A stretch of 63,727 bases of DNA, filler included, from Octopus bimaculoides (lineage: Eukaryota), in the NCBI RefSeq assembly GCF_001194135.2. It is 6 parts of 5 records of this genome, joined end to end, with 100 filler letters (N's around TTAATTAATTAA, not from the genome) between each part and the next. Parts side by side here need not be neighbours in the genome. Positions count along the whole stretch, not along the records: positions 62,369 to 63,727 come from NC_069002.1; 5 more parts are not named here. One strand, 5' to 3'. The notes under the pieces were generated by a model that saw only the letters and a list, made by a program, of their open reading frames with translations, did no database searches and was not told the DNA's origin. The position numbers were made by a program, and so were the translations under genes. This document shows, in pieces, positions 62,695 through 63,727 of this stretch (position 1 is the stretch's first letter; each line of letters opens with the position of its first letter).

Positions 62695-62845
62695 ACTCAG
62701 TATGCAACTGGTACTTAATTTATCGACCCCAAAAGGATGAAAGGCAAAGTTGACCTCGGTGGAATTTGAACTCAGAACATAAAGACAGACGAAATACCGC
62801 TAAGCATTTCGCCCAGCGTGCTAACGTTTCTGCCAGCTCGCCGCC
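62695..62845 (-). mobile_element. SINE B, young copy
   Basis: CTGGTACTTAATTTATCGACCCC...TTCTGCCAGCTCGCCGCC. Confidence 0.92.
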
Positions 62846-63603
62846 TCACTGCCACCTTAAAACAGATTTAGAATCAAGATTCAAACAAATTTAAATCCTA
62901 ATTCTTAACGAAGTGTAGGAGCTAGTATGTGGACGACCAGACTGTGAGAATTAAGGGGCTGCCTCTTAAATCATTTACCAGTTGTCTTTTTTATTACTAT
63001 TATTTTTAACTAAATAGTACACTTCGGATGATGTGACCTTACATGGTCTATATATGACTAAAAACATATGAAAGTCGGGTCACAACTGGAGTGCATTTGA
63101 TCTAAGGTTCCATCGATCCGTAATGACCTGAAGCCAAACAACAACGACAAAAGTAGATAAAACAACTGCTCATCGTTTTATCGATTGGGTAAAGAAGACG
63201 AAACAAAATCAATTTTCGCGAAAACTGAAATGTGGACAGAAATAAATAAAACGATAATATTGGCATTATGTTTTTACAGTACAATACACAATTTCAGAAG
63301 AAAGAGAACACTAAACAAAATGCCTTGCAGTATTTAGTAACTGAACCCTTTACATCCGTAGAAAAAAATGGAGTATATAAAACTTACCTTCTATACATAT
63401 TGCCAATGATTTAGCTATAATAATCAGTATGAACAATACACGTGGAATATTTCGTATCAGGAAAATATATATTTTATTGAAAAGGAAATTTAATATTCTA
63501 GCGGGAATATCGTTGCAGGCAGATAGCGGATTGTTACCTTGTTTTCAGATTAAGCCTCCTGTTAAGGAATAACTACAATATTAAATTACTAAGCTAACAT
63601 TTG

Positions 63604-63727
<124 letters not shown>

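Noticed and set aside
63388-63414. 27-nt in-frame microexon candidate on the minus strand (AG|...|GTAAGT)
   Set aside because: Weak pyrimidine tract, and such donor hexamers are common by chance in AT-rich DNA.

Overview
This is AT-rich eukaryotic DNA with many gaps and microsatellites. The SINE families, microsatellite spectrum and Penelope relics look like a coleoid cephalopod (Octopus-like); that is an inference from recalled repeat families, not a database hit. I cannot support any intact host protein-coding gene, and almost all track ORFs are microsatellite or N-gap artefacts. The window is mostly transposable elements. These are three tRNA-derived SINE groups, LINE relics (RTE, CR1/L2-group, R4/Dong, Penelope), a Helitron deletion derivative with both ends (27963-30931), a ZBED-type hAT (32960-35105), a hAT MITE with a TSD (2289-2673), a mariner 5' half, a Merlin relic and piggyBac-type MITEs. 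The main unexplained structure is a set of six type I hammerhead-ribozyme-like motifs (5636, 9515, 10225, 24266, 42534, 58139). All have a palindromic or near-palindromic helix III, and helix II ranges from 4 bp to a roughly 100-nt hairpin. Two lie in direct repeats 710 nt apart and share a non-canonical A6U core. Activity is untested. Other oddities are an R4/Dong element embedded in (CATA)n, a roughly 70% GC island inside a SINE, and several long foldbacks. Repeat boundaries were read by eye and are approximate unless termini are quoted.
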